NCBI GenBank assembly: GCA_963771465.1
Contig: CAVYTU010000012.1
Location: forward strand, 96,001 to 160,000
Length of the DNA: 64,000 nt
Reading direction: 5' to 3'
Source of the DNA: an uncultured delta proteobacterium
GTDB lineage: Bacteria; Desulfobacterota; Binatia; UBA9968
A program made the position numbers and the translations under genes. Below the pieces are notes generated by a model. That model was given only the letters and a program-made list of their open reading frames with translations. It was not told the DNA's origin and searched no databases. Below, one piece after another: positions 29,595-39,638 of the stretch. Every line of letters starts with the position of its first letter. Positions within the stretch are counted from its first letter, which is position 1.

Positions 29595-31190
29595 TTAGTT
29601 GCTGCTGGCGATTTTCTCTAGCGTCGCCTTGGTCTGCTTGGCTTTTTCCGTTTCGCCGAGCGCATTGTAGGCATCGATCAGGAGGCGATAGATCAACGGG
29701 TGAAAAGGATTGATCTGCAGCGCCTCTTCGAGCACGCCGCGCGCCTCTTTGAAGTTTTTGGTCGCGTGATAGGCGCGCCCGAGCTGCACATAACTGTTGA
29801 CACCGTCGGGCTCGATGTCCAAGGCCTTTTTCAGTAGCGGCAACGCATCGTCGGCGCGATTTTGATCGACCATCACGCGGCCGAGCTTATTCATAATCAC
29901 CGGCGATTGCGGGCTCGCTTGCAGGGCGCGTTGGTATTCGTTCAAGGCCGCCACCGGCCGTCCTTTAGTCATTAATTGATCCGCCAAGTGAGTGCGGTTG
30001 CGGGCGATCGCCGATTGAATTTCGCGTAGCTCGACGACGTCTTCGTCTTCCTTCTGGTCTTTGCGCACTTTCAAATGGCGCACGCGGCTGCCTTCGATCG
30101 GTTTTAACCCCTTGGTTTTGAGAAAGCCTTTCCATTTGTTCTCGAAGGCGTCGAACGACATGCCGTAAACTTTCTCGATCGCTTCCGGCGTCGCTTTATC
30201 CTGGAGAGTCGACAGCAAGTCGCGCATGCCGCCACGGCCTTTGCTTTGATTGATAAAGTCGACGGCGGAGGCCGCTTCGGCGTAGGCCAGCTGCACTTGC
30301 TCCGGCGTATCTAAATAAATCAGCGACGGTTCCATCTTTTTAAAGCCGACAAATTGGTTTTTCTCTAATGCTTGCACAAGCAGCGTCTGATTGGCCGGCG
30401 TCAGATAGTCTTCATGGGCGTCTTTCGCCGGCGCGGCTTTGCGCCAGCGGGTTTCGTAAAAGCGCGCCATGCCTTCGTGGAGCCAAATGGGCGCCTGGTT
30501 GTTCGAAAGCGCGGCGATGGCGTAGTGTTGGTATTCATGGCTGAGCGAATCCAACCAGCGGTAGCCAAAGCTCAGCGCGCGCGGCGAGATGATCATGAGC
30601 TTATTGAACTTACAGATGCCGACGGCACCGGTCTCTTCGATGTCACGTAACGACAGCGTCGATAGGGCGTTGAAGCTAGTCGCATCGGGAGCGATTTCGA
30701 TACGAACTTTCTCTTTTGGGTAGTAACCGAGCTCGGCGCCGGTCGCTTGGTAGGTTTTCTCCAAAGCCTCAAGGGCATGGGGCACGAGGATGCCGTCTCT
30801 TCTTTCGTCGACGAACAACACGAAGTGAGCGCTCTCGAAGCGCTTAAACGATTTATGGACGTCAAGCGTGAGCTGGGTCAAAAGCTTCATCGCCTGGCGC
30901 CGCTGATCTTTTGAATCGACCGCCAATGCCCGGTCGAGGACGGATAACGCCTCTGGATAGCGGCCCTGGTAGAATTTTATCCGGCCGTCGAATTCCAGCG
31001 CGGTGGCTGACTTGGGATTGTCTTTGAGCGCTTTGGCGGCGAGCGCCTCGGCTTCGGCGACATGCCACGCGTCGAGCAAATCTTCGCCAGCTTTGAATTC
31101 GCGCTCGGCTTCCGCGGCGCGGAGGTTAGCGGCCAGCAGCAGGGAAAATATCAGCGCCGCAATGGAAAACGTTCGGTGGTTCAAGGTCAA
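29595..31190 (-). CDS. Exported TPR protein with peptidase MA-like domain
   Basis: Signal peptide, N- and C-terminal TPRs, HEYQH..WLHEG gluzincin-like motif. Confidence 0.88.
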   Translation of the reverse strand: MTLNHRTFSIAALIFSLLLAANLRAAEAEREFKAGEDLLDAWHVAEAEALAAKALKDNPKSATALEFDGRIKFYQGRYPEALSVLDRALAVDSKDQRRQAMKLLTQLTLDVHKSFKRFESAHFVLFVDERRDGILVPHALEALEKTYQATGAELGYYPKEKVRIEIAPDATSFNALSTLSLRDIEETGAVGICKFNKLMIISPRALSFGYRWLDSLSHEYQHYAIAALSNNQAPIWLHEGMARFYETRWRKAAPAKDAHEDYLTPANQTLLVQALEKNQFVGFKKMEPSLIYLDTPEQVQLAYAEAASAVDFINQSKGRGGMRDLLSTLQDKATPEAIEKVYGMSFDAFENKWKGFLKTKGLKPIEGSRVRHLKVRKDQKEDEDVVELREIQSAIARNRTHLADQLMTKGRPVAALNEYQRALQASPQSPVIMNKLGRVMVDQNRADDALPLLKKALDIEPDGVNSYVQLGRAYHATKNFKEARGVLEEALQINPFHPLIYRLLIDAYNALGETEKAKQTKATLEKIASSN

Positions 31191-31191
31191 C

Positions 31192-34100
31192 TTACTCGGA
31201 AAGATTTTTGAAATAACGCTCGATCTGCTCTTTCATCTGCGGCGGCACGCCTTGTTTGAGCGAGTCGAGGATTTCCTCGCGGAAATTGCGCGGCGCTTTG
31301 TATTCTTCTTTGCCCGGCAGGCGGAATTTCTCCGTGTCCAATCCAGTGAAGCCTTGCTCGATGTCGAACTCCGGGAACTGCGGCATGCCCGGCAGCGGCG
31401 TCATGTTGCCATAGGGCAGGAAGCGGCCGCCGCGGAATAGCCGAGTCATCGGCATATTGCCGAGTTGGCCGCGCTGGGCCATCTGCTGCATGGAGGACTG
31501 CATCTGTTGTTGCGCTTGCGACAGCTGTTCCAGCGCCGTCCGTTCTGGCGGCACGGCGCCACGGGAGTCGAGCTGGCCCAAGCGGTTCTGGGCGCTGCCC
31601 ATCGCTTTGCCCGCTTCGCCGATGCCTTGAACGATCTTGGGATCGAGCTGGGGGAAGAGTTGAAACAGCTGTTCCAATTTTTCGTGCAGCGAGTCGGTGC
31701 GCTCTTTTACGACATCCTGACGCTGCGCCAAATCGCGCAGCTGGCGTTTGTCGGCGTCACTCAATGCCTTTGCCGGTTCGTTGAGCAAGGCCTCAAGCTC
31801 GGACTTGATGTCGCTAACGCTTTTGTCAGCCCGTTGGGCGCGCGGCTCCTGTGCCGCGGTGCGTTTTTTCGCCAGCTCCTTGCGGATGTAACCGTCGCCT
31901 TCGTTAAATCCGGGAAAATCCTTGGCGCTCAGTTTGGCGATCAGATTTCTCAACAGCGCGTTCATGGTCGCATCATCAAGGTTGGTCAATAGATTGGGAT
32001 CGTCCGCCCCTTCGCGGTCGGGGAAGAGTTCGGTCAGCTTGCCGAGCTCGGCGACAGATTTTTCCAGGAAGCGGTCGAGCTTGTCCTTGAGCGCGGCGTC
32101 GCGATCGGTCAAGGCGGCGCTGTTGAGATTCTCGGTATTCACCAAAATCTCCTGCTGTTCGCGGGCAAGCTCTTGCAGTTCGTTACTCTGGCGTTGCATC
32201 TCGCCTTGCATCCGGCCCATGCCCGAAGCCATCTGCGAGCGCTGCATGTTTTGCATCGCCGCCAGCATTTGCGCCATCTGGTTAAACATCTCGCGCGCTA
32301 ACTGGCGCGCGCCTTCGATGTCGCCGGCTTGGAGTTTTTTGCGAATCTCATCGAGGGCCTTGAACATTTGATCCATGCCGAGACCCTGCATCTGTTCGGC
32401 GTTCATGAAGTCGTCGGGCATCTGCTGCGCCAACTGCGACATCGCTTGCTGCAGGGCAGACAGAGACTTGGCCATGTCGGCCAGCTGTTTCATGATCGCA
32501 TCGAGATTTTTATCACCGCTCTGAAGTTTTTCCAGGGAGTCCATCAGACGTTCCTGGCTGCGCGCCAGGTCCTGCGCCGAGTTGGCGAGATCCTGGGCTT
32601 TCATGCGCTTGCTGATGTCCTCGGATAACATCGCCATGCGCTCGAGCTCGGCCGAAATATCGTCGCCGGCTTTCAGTTTATCCTGGTCGGATGCCGCCTG
32701 CTCTTGCTTGCGCAGCAACTCGTCTTTGGTGAACTCCATATTGCGCTTGAGCGCTTCCAAATCGGACCAGGTGGCGAAATCGGACATGCGGTCTTTCTCG
32801 GTGCGGCGCATCACTTCTTCAGTGCGTTTGATCGCATCGGTCAAGTTTTGCTCGAAACGCTGATGCAAATCCTTGGATTGCGGTGTCGGCTTCTCGCCAG
32901 GCTGCGGCTTTTCCAAATGATCGGCGAGCAGATCGACCATGCGGCTGTTCAAGTCGCGCACCATCTCGGTGATCTGCTGGTGTTCGCCCTTGAGATTCTT
33001 AAGCTTCAAACGCACCGAGCGGGAGGTGCCGATCTTCGGCCCGGAGATGGTGTCGTTGTCGAACACTTGCAAGAAGAAAATCGCTTCCTCGCCGTCGCGC
33101 AGCGCAAGCTTGTTGAGATCCCATTTATACTGATCGCGCAGAACGAGCCGTTTGTTGTCGTCTTTCTGCAAACGGACCTTGTCTTCGCGGTCGCCGATCT
33201 TGGCGATGAGATTGATCTCGGAAATGCCGAAATCGTCGCGCGCGCTGTATTCCAGATTCAAAACTTCGTCGCCGTTGATCTCCAAATCTTCCGTTGGCCG
33301 GAGCAGATCGACGGTGGGAAATCCGTCCGGTTTGACTCTGAGCTCATAGCTGATCGGCGTGTTGCGAAAACCATGCTGGTCTTCGACAAAAATTTGATAG
33401 GACTGGGATTGGAACAGCACCAGGCTCGCTTGCAACTTGCGGCCGTCGATCTTGAGCGGGACTTTCTTGCCGTCACCCATGACGATCTCGGCTTTGACGA
33501 CGTCTTTCGTCGTCAAAGCGTCGAGACGCACGGTCGAGCCTTTTAGCCCTTCGATGCCGCCTTCGGCTGCCGCGACCGAGCCGAGGCCGGTGTAGGCGGG
33601 CGGGTAAAGCATTAATTGGACATTGGCGATTTCCGGTGGATCGATCGCTTCGGCTTTATACGTGGCGGAAGTGAGGCCGGCGCTGGCGACGCGGTAATTG
33701 AGCGTTCTTTCGAGGCGCGCGATTTTGGCGCTGAACTTTCCCGCGCCGAGATTTTCCATGGCGGCTTTTTCCGCGCCGATGAGCTCGCCGCGCTCGTTGA
33801 CGCCTTGCCAGGTATGTAATTCCAACGCCTCCGGAATGGCGCCGGTGGCCGCGGCTTGGATTGTCACCGGTGTGCCGCGCACCACGCGCAGCCCCTTCGG
33901 TTCGATGGCCAGATTCGTTTCGCTGGGCGGCAAGTAATCGAGCGGCCGGGTTAACATGCTGATCGTACCGCCGACCCAAGCGGGATTGAATAGCAACATC
34001 GCCGCCACCGGCGCGACGAGAAATCCGAGCAAACGCAAACTCGAGTTGAGCCGACGAGTATCGAGCAACTCATCGATTTTGAGGCTGGCAACCTGCTTCC

Positions 34101-34503
34101 TGGTCGTCCGCAACAGCGCCATCACCATCGACGCCGAAAAGCCCGGGGCATTTTTCGCGGCGACGATCTGGGGATAGAGTTGCAGTGAATTAATTAAGTT
34201 ATTTCTGAGCTTGGGTTGTTTCCGCTCGATGTAAAGCGCGGCCCGTTCTTGCGAGAGCCGGCCGAGAAATCGAAGGACCGTCCAGCCGATCACCGCGACC
34301 AGGACCAAACCGGTGACGACGCTATAAGCGAGCGGCGCGTAGGGTAGGTAATTCTTTAGGTAAAAGATCGCCGGGCCGGCGGCGAACAGCAGCACGGCGC
34401 AGATCGCCGTCAGGCAAACTCCCTCGAAGCCTTGAAGAAACTTGAAGCGCCGAATGAAGCGTTTCAGGAACGAGGATAACTCTTGATATTCTTCCTGTCC
34501 CAT
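31192..34503 (-). CDS. DUF4175-family large membrane-anchored coiled-coil protein
   Basis: N-terminal TMs, PPAYTG, ARDDFG, Gln/Met-rich coiled coil, C-terminal IERYFKNL. Confidence 0.85.
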   Translation of the reverse strand: MGQEEYQELSSFLKRFIRRFKFLQGFEGVCLTAICAVLLFAAGPAIFYLKNYLPYAPLAYSVVTGLVLVAVIGWTVLRFLGRLSQERAALYIERKQPKLRNNLINSLQLYPQIVAAKNAPGFSASMVMALLRTTRKQVASLKIDELLDTRRLNSSLRLLGFLVAPVAAMLLFNPAWVGGTISMLTRPLDYLPPSETNLAIEPKGLRVVRGTPVTIQAAATGAIPEALELHTWQGVNERGELIGAEKAAMENLGAGKFSAKIARLERTLNYRVASAGLTSATYKAEAIDPPEIANVQLMLYPPAYTGLGSVAAAEGGIEGLKGSTVRLDALTTKDVVKAEIVMGDGKKVPLKIDGRKLQASLVLFQSQSYQIFVEDQHGFRNTPISYELRVKPDGFPTVDLLRPTEDLEINGDEVLNLEYSARDDFGISEINLIAKIGDREDKVRLQKDDNKRLVLRDQYKWDLNKLALRDGEEAIFFLQVFDNDTISGPKIGTSRSVRLKLKNLKGEHQQITEMVRDLNSRMVDLLADHLEKPQPGEKPTPQSKDLHQRFEQNLTDAIKRTEEVMRRTEKDRMSDFATWSDLEALKRNMEFTKDELLRKQEQAASDQDKLKAGDDISAELERMAMLSEDISKRMKAQDLANSAQDLARSQERLMDSLEKLQSGDKNLDAIMKQLADMAKSLSALQQAMSQLAQQMPDDFMNAEQMQGLGMDQMFKALDEIRKKLQAGDIEGARQLAREMFNQMAQMLAAMQNMQRSQMASGMGRMQGEMQRQSNELQELAREQQEILVNTENLNSAALTDRDAALKDKLDRFLEKSVAELGKLTELFPDREGADDPNLLTNLDDATMNALLRNLIAKLSAKDFPGFNEGDGYIRKELAKKRTAAQEPRAQRADKSVSDIKSELEALLNEPAKALSDADKRQLRDLAQRQDVVKERTDSLHEKLEQLFQLFPQLDPKIVQGIGEAGKAMGSAQNRLGQLDSRGAVPPERTALEQLSQAQQQMQSSMQQMAQRGQLGNMPMTRLFRGGRFLPYGNMTPLPGMPQFPEFDIEQGFTGLDTEKFRLPGKEEYKAPRNFREEILDSLKQGVPPQMKEQIERYFKNLSE

Positions 34504-34645
34504 AGGTCACGAACAAGCGGCATCTTATCCCTGTTTATGGGGGCTTGTCCATACGATGACCGCAGTTCGGCGGTGGCAACCGGTTAATGCATGTGTTATG
34601 GAACCATGATTCACCAGCGTATACGTGAAAGGAACTGTTAGCGGC

Positions 34646-36226
34646 ATGGATAATCGAGAACAAGAAGAACTAAAACTTCATGAAGGGCATGACGATGACT
34701 TCGACGAAGACGAAGCAGAAATGGATGAAAATCATCCGATGTGGCGCTCGGAGCGGATCACGCTCAACTCCGTCGGCATCGACATCGGCTCTTCGACTTC
34801 GCACCTGATTTTTTCGCGCTTGACCCTGCGCCGCCAGGGCGTCGCGTTGTCGAGCCGTTTCGTGGTCGTCAATCGCGAGATTATCCACGAATCGCCGATT
34901 CTCTTGACTCCCTACATCGACAAAACCACCATCGACACCAACAAACTGGGCGACTTTATCCACGAAGCCTACCGCAACGCGCAGTTGACTCCGGAAGACA
35001 TCGACACCGGGGCGGTCATTGTTACCGGCGAAGCGGTGAAAAAGAAAAACGCCGAGGCGATCGCCGCGCTGTTTTCCGCCGAGGCGGGAAAGTTCATTTG
35101 CGCCACCGCCGGTCATAACCTGGAATCGATTCTGGCGGCTTACGGATCGGGCGCGGTCCATATGACCTATCACGAGGGCGGCGATTTCACGGTGATGAAC
35201 GTCGATGTTGGCGGCGGCACCAGCAAAGTGGCGATCGTTCAAGGCGGCAAAGTGATCGACACCTGCGCCGTCGAAGTCGGCGCGCGGCTGATCGCCATGG
35301 ACGAAAACGGCGTCATCAACCGGCTCGAAGACACGGCGCTTAAGATCGCCAAAATGACCGGCATCGACGGGCTCAAGCTGGGGGGCACGATCAGCGACGA
35401 GCAAAAAGATAAATTTGCCCAGTGCCTCACCGATTCACTGTTTGCCGTGCTTGAGCGCGGCAAATTGGCGCCGGAGGTTGAGAACCTTTTGCTCACGCCC
35501 AATCTCGACTTCCGCGATCCGATCCACGCGGTGATGTTTTCCGGCGGCGTTTCAGAATTTATCTACGGCTATGAGAAACGTAATTTAGGCGATCTCGGCG
35601 TGCAACTGGGCAAAAAAGTCCGTGCCCGCGCCAACCAGTTGGGCGGCGGCAAGATTGCTCTCCGGCCTGCCGAAGTGCGCATCCGCGCCACGGTTATCGG
35701 CGCGTCGCAGTACACCGTGCAGGTGAGTGGCAATACGATTTACTTATCTCACCCCGAATTGCTGCCGCTGCGCAATCAGCAGGTGGTCACGCCGCAGATC
35801 GAACAGAAGGAGTCGATCAGCGCCGCCGAGATCAAAGAAGCGGTCGAGCGCGCCCTGCAACGCTTCGACGCCCATGATGTCGAGCGCGCCGTGGCCTTGG
35901 CGATCCATTGGGAGCTGGGGCCGTCTTACCCATTGATTCGTACGTTGGCCGAAGGTTTGGTCGGCGCCATGAAAGGCCACATCGACAACGGCCAGCCGTT
36001 GGTCTTAGTCTTCGACGCGGACATCGCCAAACTGATGGGTAACATCATCGAGCGCGAGCTGATACCGGGGGCGGGGATTATTTCCATCGACGGCATCGAT
36101 CTCAAAGATTTCGATTTCGTCGACATCGGCCAGGAGTTGCCTGACGCCAAGGCGGTGCCGGTGGTGATCAAGTCGTTGATTTTCCGCAGCACCGAACACG
36201 GGCGCGGCCATCATACTCAGCATTAA
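34646..36226 (+). CDS. eutA: EutA-family (ethanolamine ammonia-lyase reactivase-like) ASKHA ATPase
   Basis: SVGIDIGSSTS, TGAVIVTGE, NVDVGGGT, FSGGV, ATVIGASQ, PVVIKSL. Confidence 0.9.
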   Translation: MDNREQEELKLHEGHDDDFDEDEAEMDENHPMWRSERITLNSVGIDIGSSTSHLIFSRLTLRRQGVALSSRFVVVNREIIHESPILLTPYIDKTTIDTNKLGDFIHEAYRNAQLTPEDIDTGAVIVTGEAVKKKNAEAIAALFSAEAGKFICATAGHNLESILAAYGSGAVHMTYHEGGDFTVMNVDVGGGTSKVAIVQGGKVIDTCAVEVGARLIAMDENGVINRLEDTALKIAKMTGIDGLKLGGTISDEQKDKFAQCLTDSLFAVLERGKLAPEVENLLLTPNLDFRDPIHAVMFSGGVSEFIYGYEKRNLGDLGVQLGKKVRARANQLGGGKIALRPAEVRIRATVIGASQYTVQVSGNTIYLSHPELLPLRNQQVVTPQIEQKESISAAEIKEAVERALQRFDAHDVERAVALAIHWELGPSYPLIRTLAEGLVGAMKGHIDNGQPLVLVFDADIAKLMGNIIERELIPGAGIISIDGIDLKDFDFVDIGQELPDAKAVPVVIKSLIFRSTEHGRGHHTQH

Positions 36227-36233
36227 AGAAACC

Positions 36234-36306
36234 GAGAATGGAGGATCGAGGATGGAAGATCGCGCCTGAGATTGTTTACGATTTTCCATCTTCTATCCTC
36301 CATCGT
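36234..36306. repeat. Heptamer-periodic inverted repeat
   Basis: GAGAATG GAGGATC GAGGATG GAAGATC facing GATTTTC CATCTTC TATCCTC CATCGTT. Confidence 0.8.
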
Positions 36307-36321
36307 TGCCCTTTTGTTACA

Positions 36322-36350
36322 TTGACTTCCTGCGGGATTTCTATTACTTT
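36322..36350 (+). promoter_or_regulatory. Sigma70-type promoter
   Basis: TTGACT-N17-TACTTT upstream of the 36387 ORF. Confidence 0.45.
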
Positions 36351-36386
36351 TTTCGAAAATCCTTACATTACAGGTGCTTAACTTTT

Positions 36387-36572
36387 ATGGAAGAAGCCAG
36401 CGGACTGCATAATTTTTTGGAAATTTTAACTAAGCCCGACAATATCCCGATTGTCGGGATGCTCATTTTGGTCATCTTCTTCAGTTGGCTTGGGCTGCGC
36501 CAAGCCTTTAGGAACGACAAGCTGATCGAAGAAGGCAAAGAGGACCAAATCTCCAACGAAATGTGGAAATAG
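36387..36572 (+). CDS. 61-aa single-TM protein with KPDNIPIV motif
   Basis: One TM helix; abuts the TPR gene with no gap. Confidence 0.75.
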   Translation: MEEASGLHNFLEILTKPDNIPIVGMLILVIFFSWLGLRQAFRNDKLIEEGKEDQISNEMWK

Positions 36573-37406
36573 ATGTTGCGAACGTGGCTGGCGGCGTGTG
36601 CCGTCGCCGTCGCTCTTTGCCTGGAGTTTGGGATTTCTCTGGCGGCCGAAGCTGAATCTCCTTTAGTTAACAATCCGAGGTGGCAACAGGCGCGTAAAGA
36701 TCTGGCCCAAGGCAAGGCGGGCGAGGCCAAGGCGGCTTTTGAGGAACTACTTAAGCAGCATCCCCATGACGCTGACCTGCAATTGTTCCTCGGCATGGCG
36801 CTGTTGCGGTTGCGCGATCCGCAGGCGGCGGTCTTGGCGATTAAGAAAGCCATTGGCATCGATCCGAACCATGTCGAAGCGCGAACGCTGCTGGGTTACG
36901 TCGAGCTGGAAATCCGCGGCGACGTGAACGCGGCGATCCGCGAGTATCAAAATGTTATCGAGCTCCAACCCGATCGCGCCGAGGCCTATAGCAATCTCGC
37001 GGTAGCGCAAAAGAAAAAAGGCGATCTCGAACAAGCGATCTTGAGCTTGAATAAGGCGCTGGAGCTGAAACCCGGCTTTGCCAACGCGCTGACGACGCGC
37101 GGCGGGATATTCGCGGATCAGAATAAGTGGTCCGAAGCGCGGCGCGATTTCGAAGCAGCGCTGAAACTCAATCCCAACGACGACGGCGCGCTCTATGGCT
37201 TGTCCCAGTCGCTCCGCGAAGCGCGTGACTACGGCGGCGCGCAGCGAGCCTTGAGTGAGCTGATTGCCCGTTCTCCCAATTTCGTCTATTGGCTGGAATG
37301 GGGTAGAATCGGCTTAATCCGATATTGGTGGGCGCTCCTCTTGATCGCCGTCGGGTGGGGGCTAAAAGGCCGGTTTATGAAAGCAAGGACGGAAGCAAAT
37401 GGCTGA
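36573..37406 (+). CDS. Exported TPR protein with C-terminal TM
   Basis: Signal peptide, about five TPRs, hydrophobic C-terminus. Confidence 0.88.
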   Translation: MLRTWLAACAVAVALCLEFGISLAAEAESPLVNNPRWQQARKDLAQGKAGEAKAAFEELLKQHPHDADLQLFLGMALLRLRDPQAAVLAIKKAIGIDPNHVEARTLLGYVELEIRGDVNAAIREYQNVIELQPDRAEAYSNLAVAQKKKGDLEQAILSLNKALELKPGFANALTTRGGIFADQNKWSEARRDFEAALKLNPNDDGALYGLSQSLREARDYGGAQRALSELIARSPNFVYWLEWGRIGLIRYWWALLLIAVGWGLKGRFMKARTEANG

Positions 37407-37944
37407 AGCGAAGAAGCGCAAAGGTACGGCTCTGTTGGCCGTCATGAATGAAAATTGTTCGAGCTGCGCTGGTTCACCGATCTGCGAGCTGCATTGTCCA
37501 GTCGAGAACTGCATCAATCTACTCTACGAAGAAACCCCCGCCGGCGGACTAAAACCCTACCGCGTCTGGGTCGATAACGATAAATGCATCGGCTGCCAAA
37601 TGTGTTACAGCGATGATTTGACTAAGATCCATCGTCATAAAGAAACTGGCGAAATATTTCGCGAGTATGCGGGCCGATACTACGATAGTTCGAAAAGGCC
37701 GCTCGAAACCGAACAGGTACCCAAGAAATTTCAGCTGGAGCTGATTGGCACCGAATCCGAGGATCGCCTCGACAAGAAAATCTGTCCGTGGGACGCGATC
37801 AAGATGTATGAATTCGACGAGGGTGTCGAACTCTCGGAGTATTTTTACGACATTACCAAGATCAAAGAAGTCAACGGCGTTCACGTTGTCGATTCAAAAG
37901 AAAAAGCGCGCTTGGAAGACAAGCAAAGCGAGCTCTACGACTAG
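37399..37944 (+). CDS. Atypical 4Fe-4S dicluster ferredoxin-like protein
   Basis: CSSCAGSPICELHCP and CIGCQMC...(long insert)...CPWDAI. Confidence 0.8.
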   Translation: MAEAKKRKGTALLAVMNENCSSCAGSPICELHCPVENCINLLYEETPAGGLKPYRVWVDNDKCIGCQMCYSDDLTKIHRHKETGEIFREYAGRYYDSSKRPLETEQVPKKFQLELIGTESEDRLDKKICPWDAIKMYEFDEGVELSEYFYDITKIKEVNGVHVVDSKEKARLEDKQSELYD

Positions 37945-38214
37945 GCCGGATTATTCGCGGTAAAAGTCCAATCGAGGTGTAACCCTTCCGGAACGAAAGC
38001 AAAGCAGTTGTGCCTTGAAGACGCCAGCGGGGCAAGTTGTTTATGAGATCAGCACCGAAAAGGTCAACCATCGTGCCGAGCGCCGAGCGCAAAATGACCA
38101 TTTGCGCCGGTGCCTTCGTTCCTCCAGGGTCACGCCTCGATTGACAGAGTGTCGTCAGGTTTCCTCGTAGCATTAATAATCCGGGCTAGGTTGATAAACC
38201 GGGAGCAAGCGAGC

Positions 38215-39597
38215 ATGGCTGGAAAAATCGAAATCATGGAGACCGTGTTGCGCGACGCGCATCAGTGTTTGATCGCCACGCGTATGCGCACCGAAGACAT
38301 GCTGCCCATCGCCGCCACGCTCGACGAGGTCGGCTATTGGTCGCTGGAAACCTGGGGCGGCGCGACCTTCGATGCCACGTTGCGTTTTCTTAAAGAATGT
38401 CCGTGGGAGCGTCTGCGCAAACTGCGCGCGGCGATGCCCAAAACGCGCTTTCAGATGTTGCTGCGCGGTCAGAACGTGGTCGGTTATCGCAACTATCCCG
38501 ACGACGTTGTTCGAGCGTTCGTCGAGCGGGCCGGCGCCAATGGCATCGACGTGTTTCGTATTTTCGATGCCATGAACGATGTCCGCAATATGAAAACGGC
38601 CATCGAAGCCGGCCTAAAAGCCGGCAAGCTGGTCGAAGGGACGGTTTGTTACACGATCAGTCCGGTGCATTCACCGGATTATTTTTTGCGCGTGGCGGAA
38701 AAGCTCGCTGAGATGGGCGTGCAAATCATTTGCTTGAAAGACATGGGCGGGCTCTTGGCGCCCTACGCCGCCTACGAAATAATCAAGAAAATCAAATCGC
38801 GCATCGCCTTGCCGTTGCACCTGCATTCGCACTGCACGGCGGGCTTGGCGCAGATGACCTACATGATGGCGATCGAAGCGGGTGCGGATATTCTCGATAC
38901 GGCGATCTCACCTTTCTCTCAGGGAACTTCGCAGCCGGCGACTGAACAAATCGCCGCCGCGCTCAAAGGCACGCCGCACGATACCGGCTTGGACCTGGAC
39001 AAACTTGCCAAGATCGCCGAGTATTTTTATCGCATCCGGCCAAATTACACCGAGTTCGAAAGCCCGGTGAATAATCAAATCAAGACTGACGTGCTGATCT
39101 CGCAAATTCCCGGCGGCATGCTGTCCAACCTGGTCGCCCAACTGCGCCAACAGAAGGCGGAAGACAAGTTGGATTTAGTCTTGGCGGAGATGCCTCATGT
39201 GCGCAAAGACCTCGGCTATCCGCCGCTGGTCACGCCGACCAGCCAGATGGTTGGTGCGCAAGCCGCGCTCAACGTCATGACCGGCAAACGCTATTCCGTG
39301 GTCAACATGGAAACGCGCAATTACGTCATGGGTCTCTACGGCGAAGCGCCGGGACAAATCAGCGATGAAATGAAACAGAAAGTGCTCGGCAAGAAAGAAG
39401 CGATCACCTGCCGGCCCGCCGATCTCTTAAAGCCCGGTCTCGAACAGGCGCGCAAAGACTCCTACGGCCTGGCGCGCAGCGAAGAGGACGTGATCACCTA
39501 CGCGCTGTTTCCCGAGATCGCCAAGGATTTCTTCCAGTTTCGTGCTGCGCAGGGCGGGGAAAAGCCTCCGGCCGCCGGCAGTCAGCCGTCCGCTTAG
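38215..39597 (+). CDS. Pyruvate carboxylase B / oxaloacetate decarboxylase alpha-type carboxyltransferase without biotinyl domain
   Basis: LRDAHQ, WGGATFD, QMLLRGQN, HLHSH, QIPGGM, PLVTPTSQ; no AMKM motif. Confidence 0.92.
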   Translation: MAGKIEIMETVLRDAHQCLIATRMRTEDMLPIAATLDEVGYWSLETWGGATFDATLRFLKECPWERLRKLRAAMPKTRFQMLLRGQNVVGYRNYPDDVVRAFVERAGANGIDVFRIFDAMNDVRNMKTAIEAGLKAGKLVEGTVCYTISPVHSPDYFLRVAEKLAEMGVQIICLKDMGGLLAPYAAYEIIKKIKSRIALPLHLHSHCTAGLAQMTYMMAIEAGADILDTAISPFSQGTSQPATEQIAAALKGTPHDTGLDLDKLAKIAEYFYRIRPNYTEFESPVNNQIKTDVLISQIPGGMLSNLVAQLRQQKAEDKLDLVLAEMPHVRKDLGYPPLVTPTSQMVGAQAALNVMTGKRYSVVNMETRNYVMGLYGEAPGQISDEMKQKVLGKKEAITCRPADLLKPGLEQARKDSYGLARSEEDVITYALFPEIAKDFFQFRAAQGGEKPPAAGSQPSA

Positions 39598-39638
39598 ATT
39601 TGGCGATTGGCTCACCCTAGGCTGATCGTTTGGCCGGT

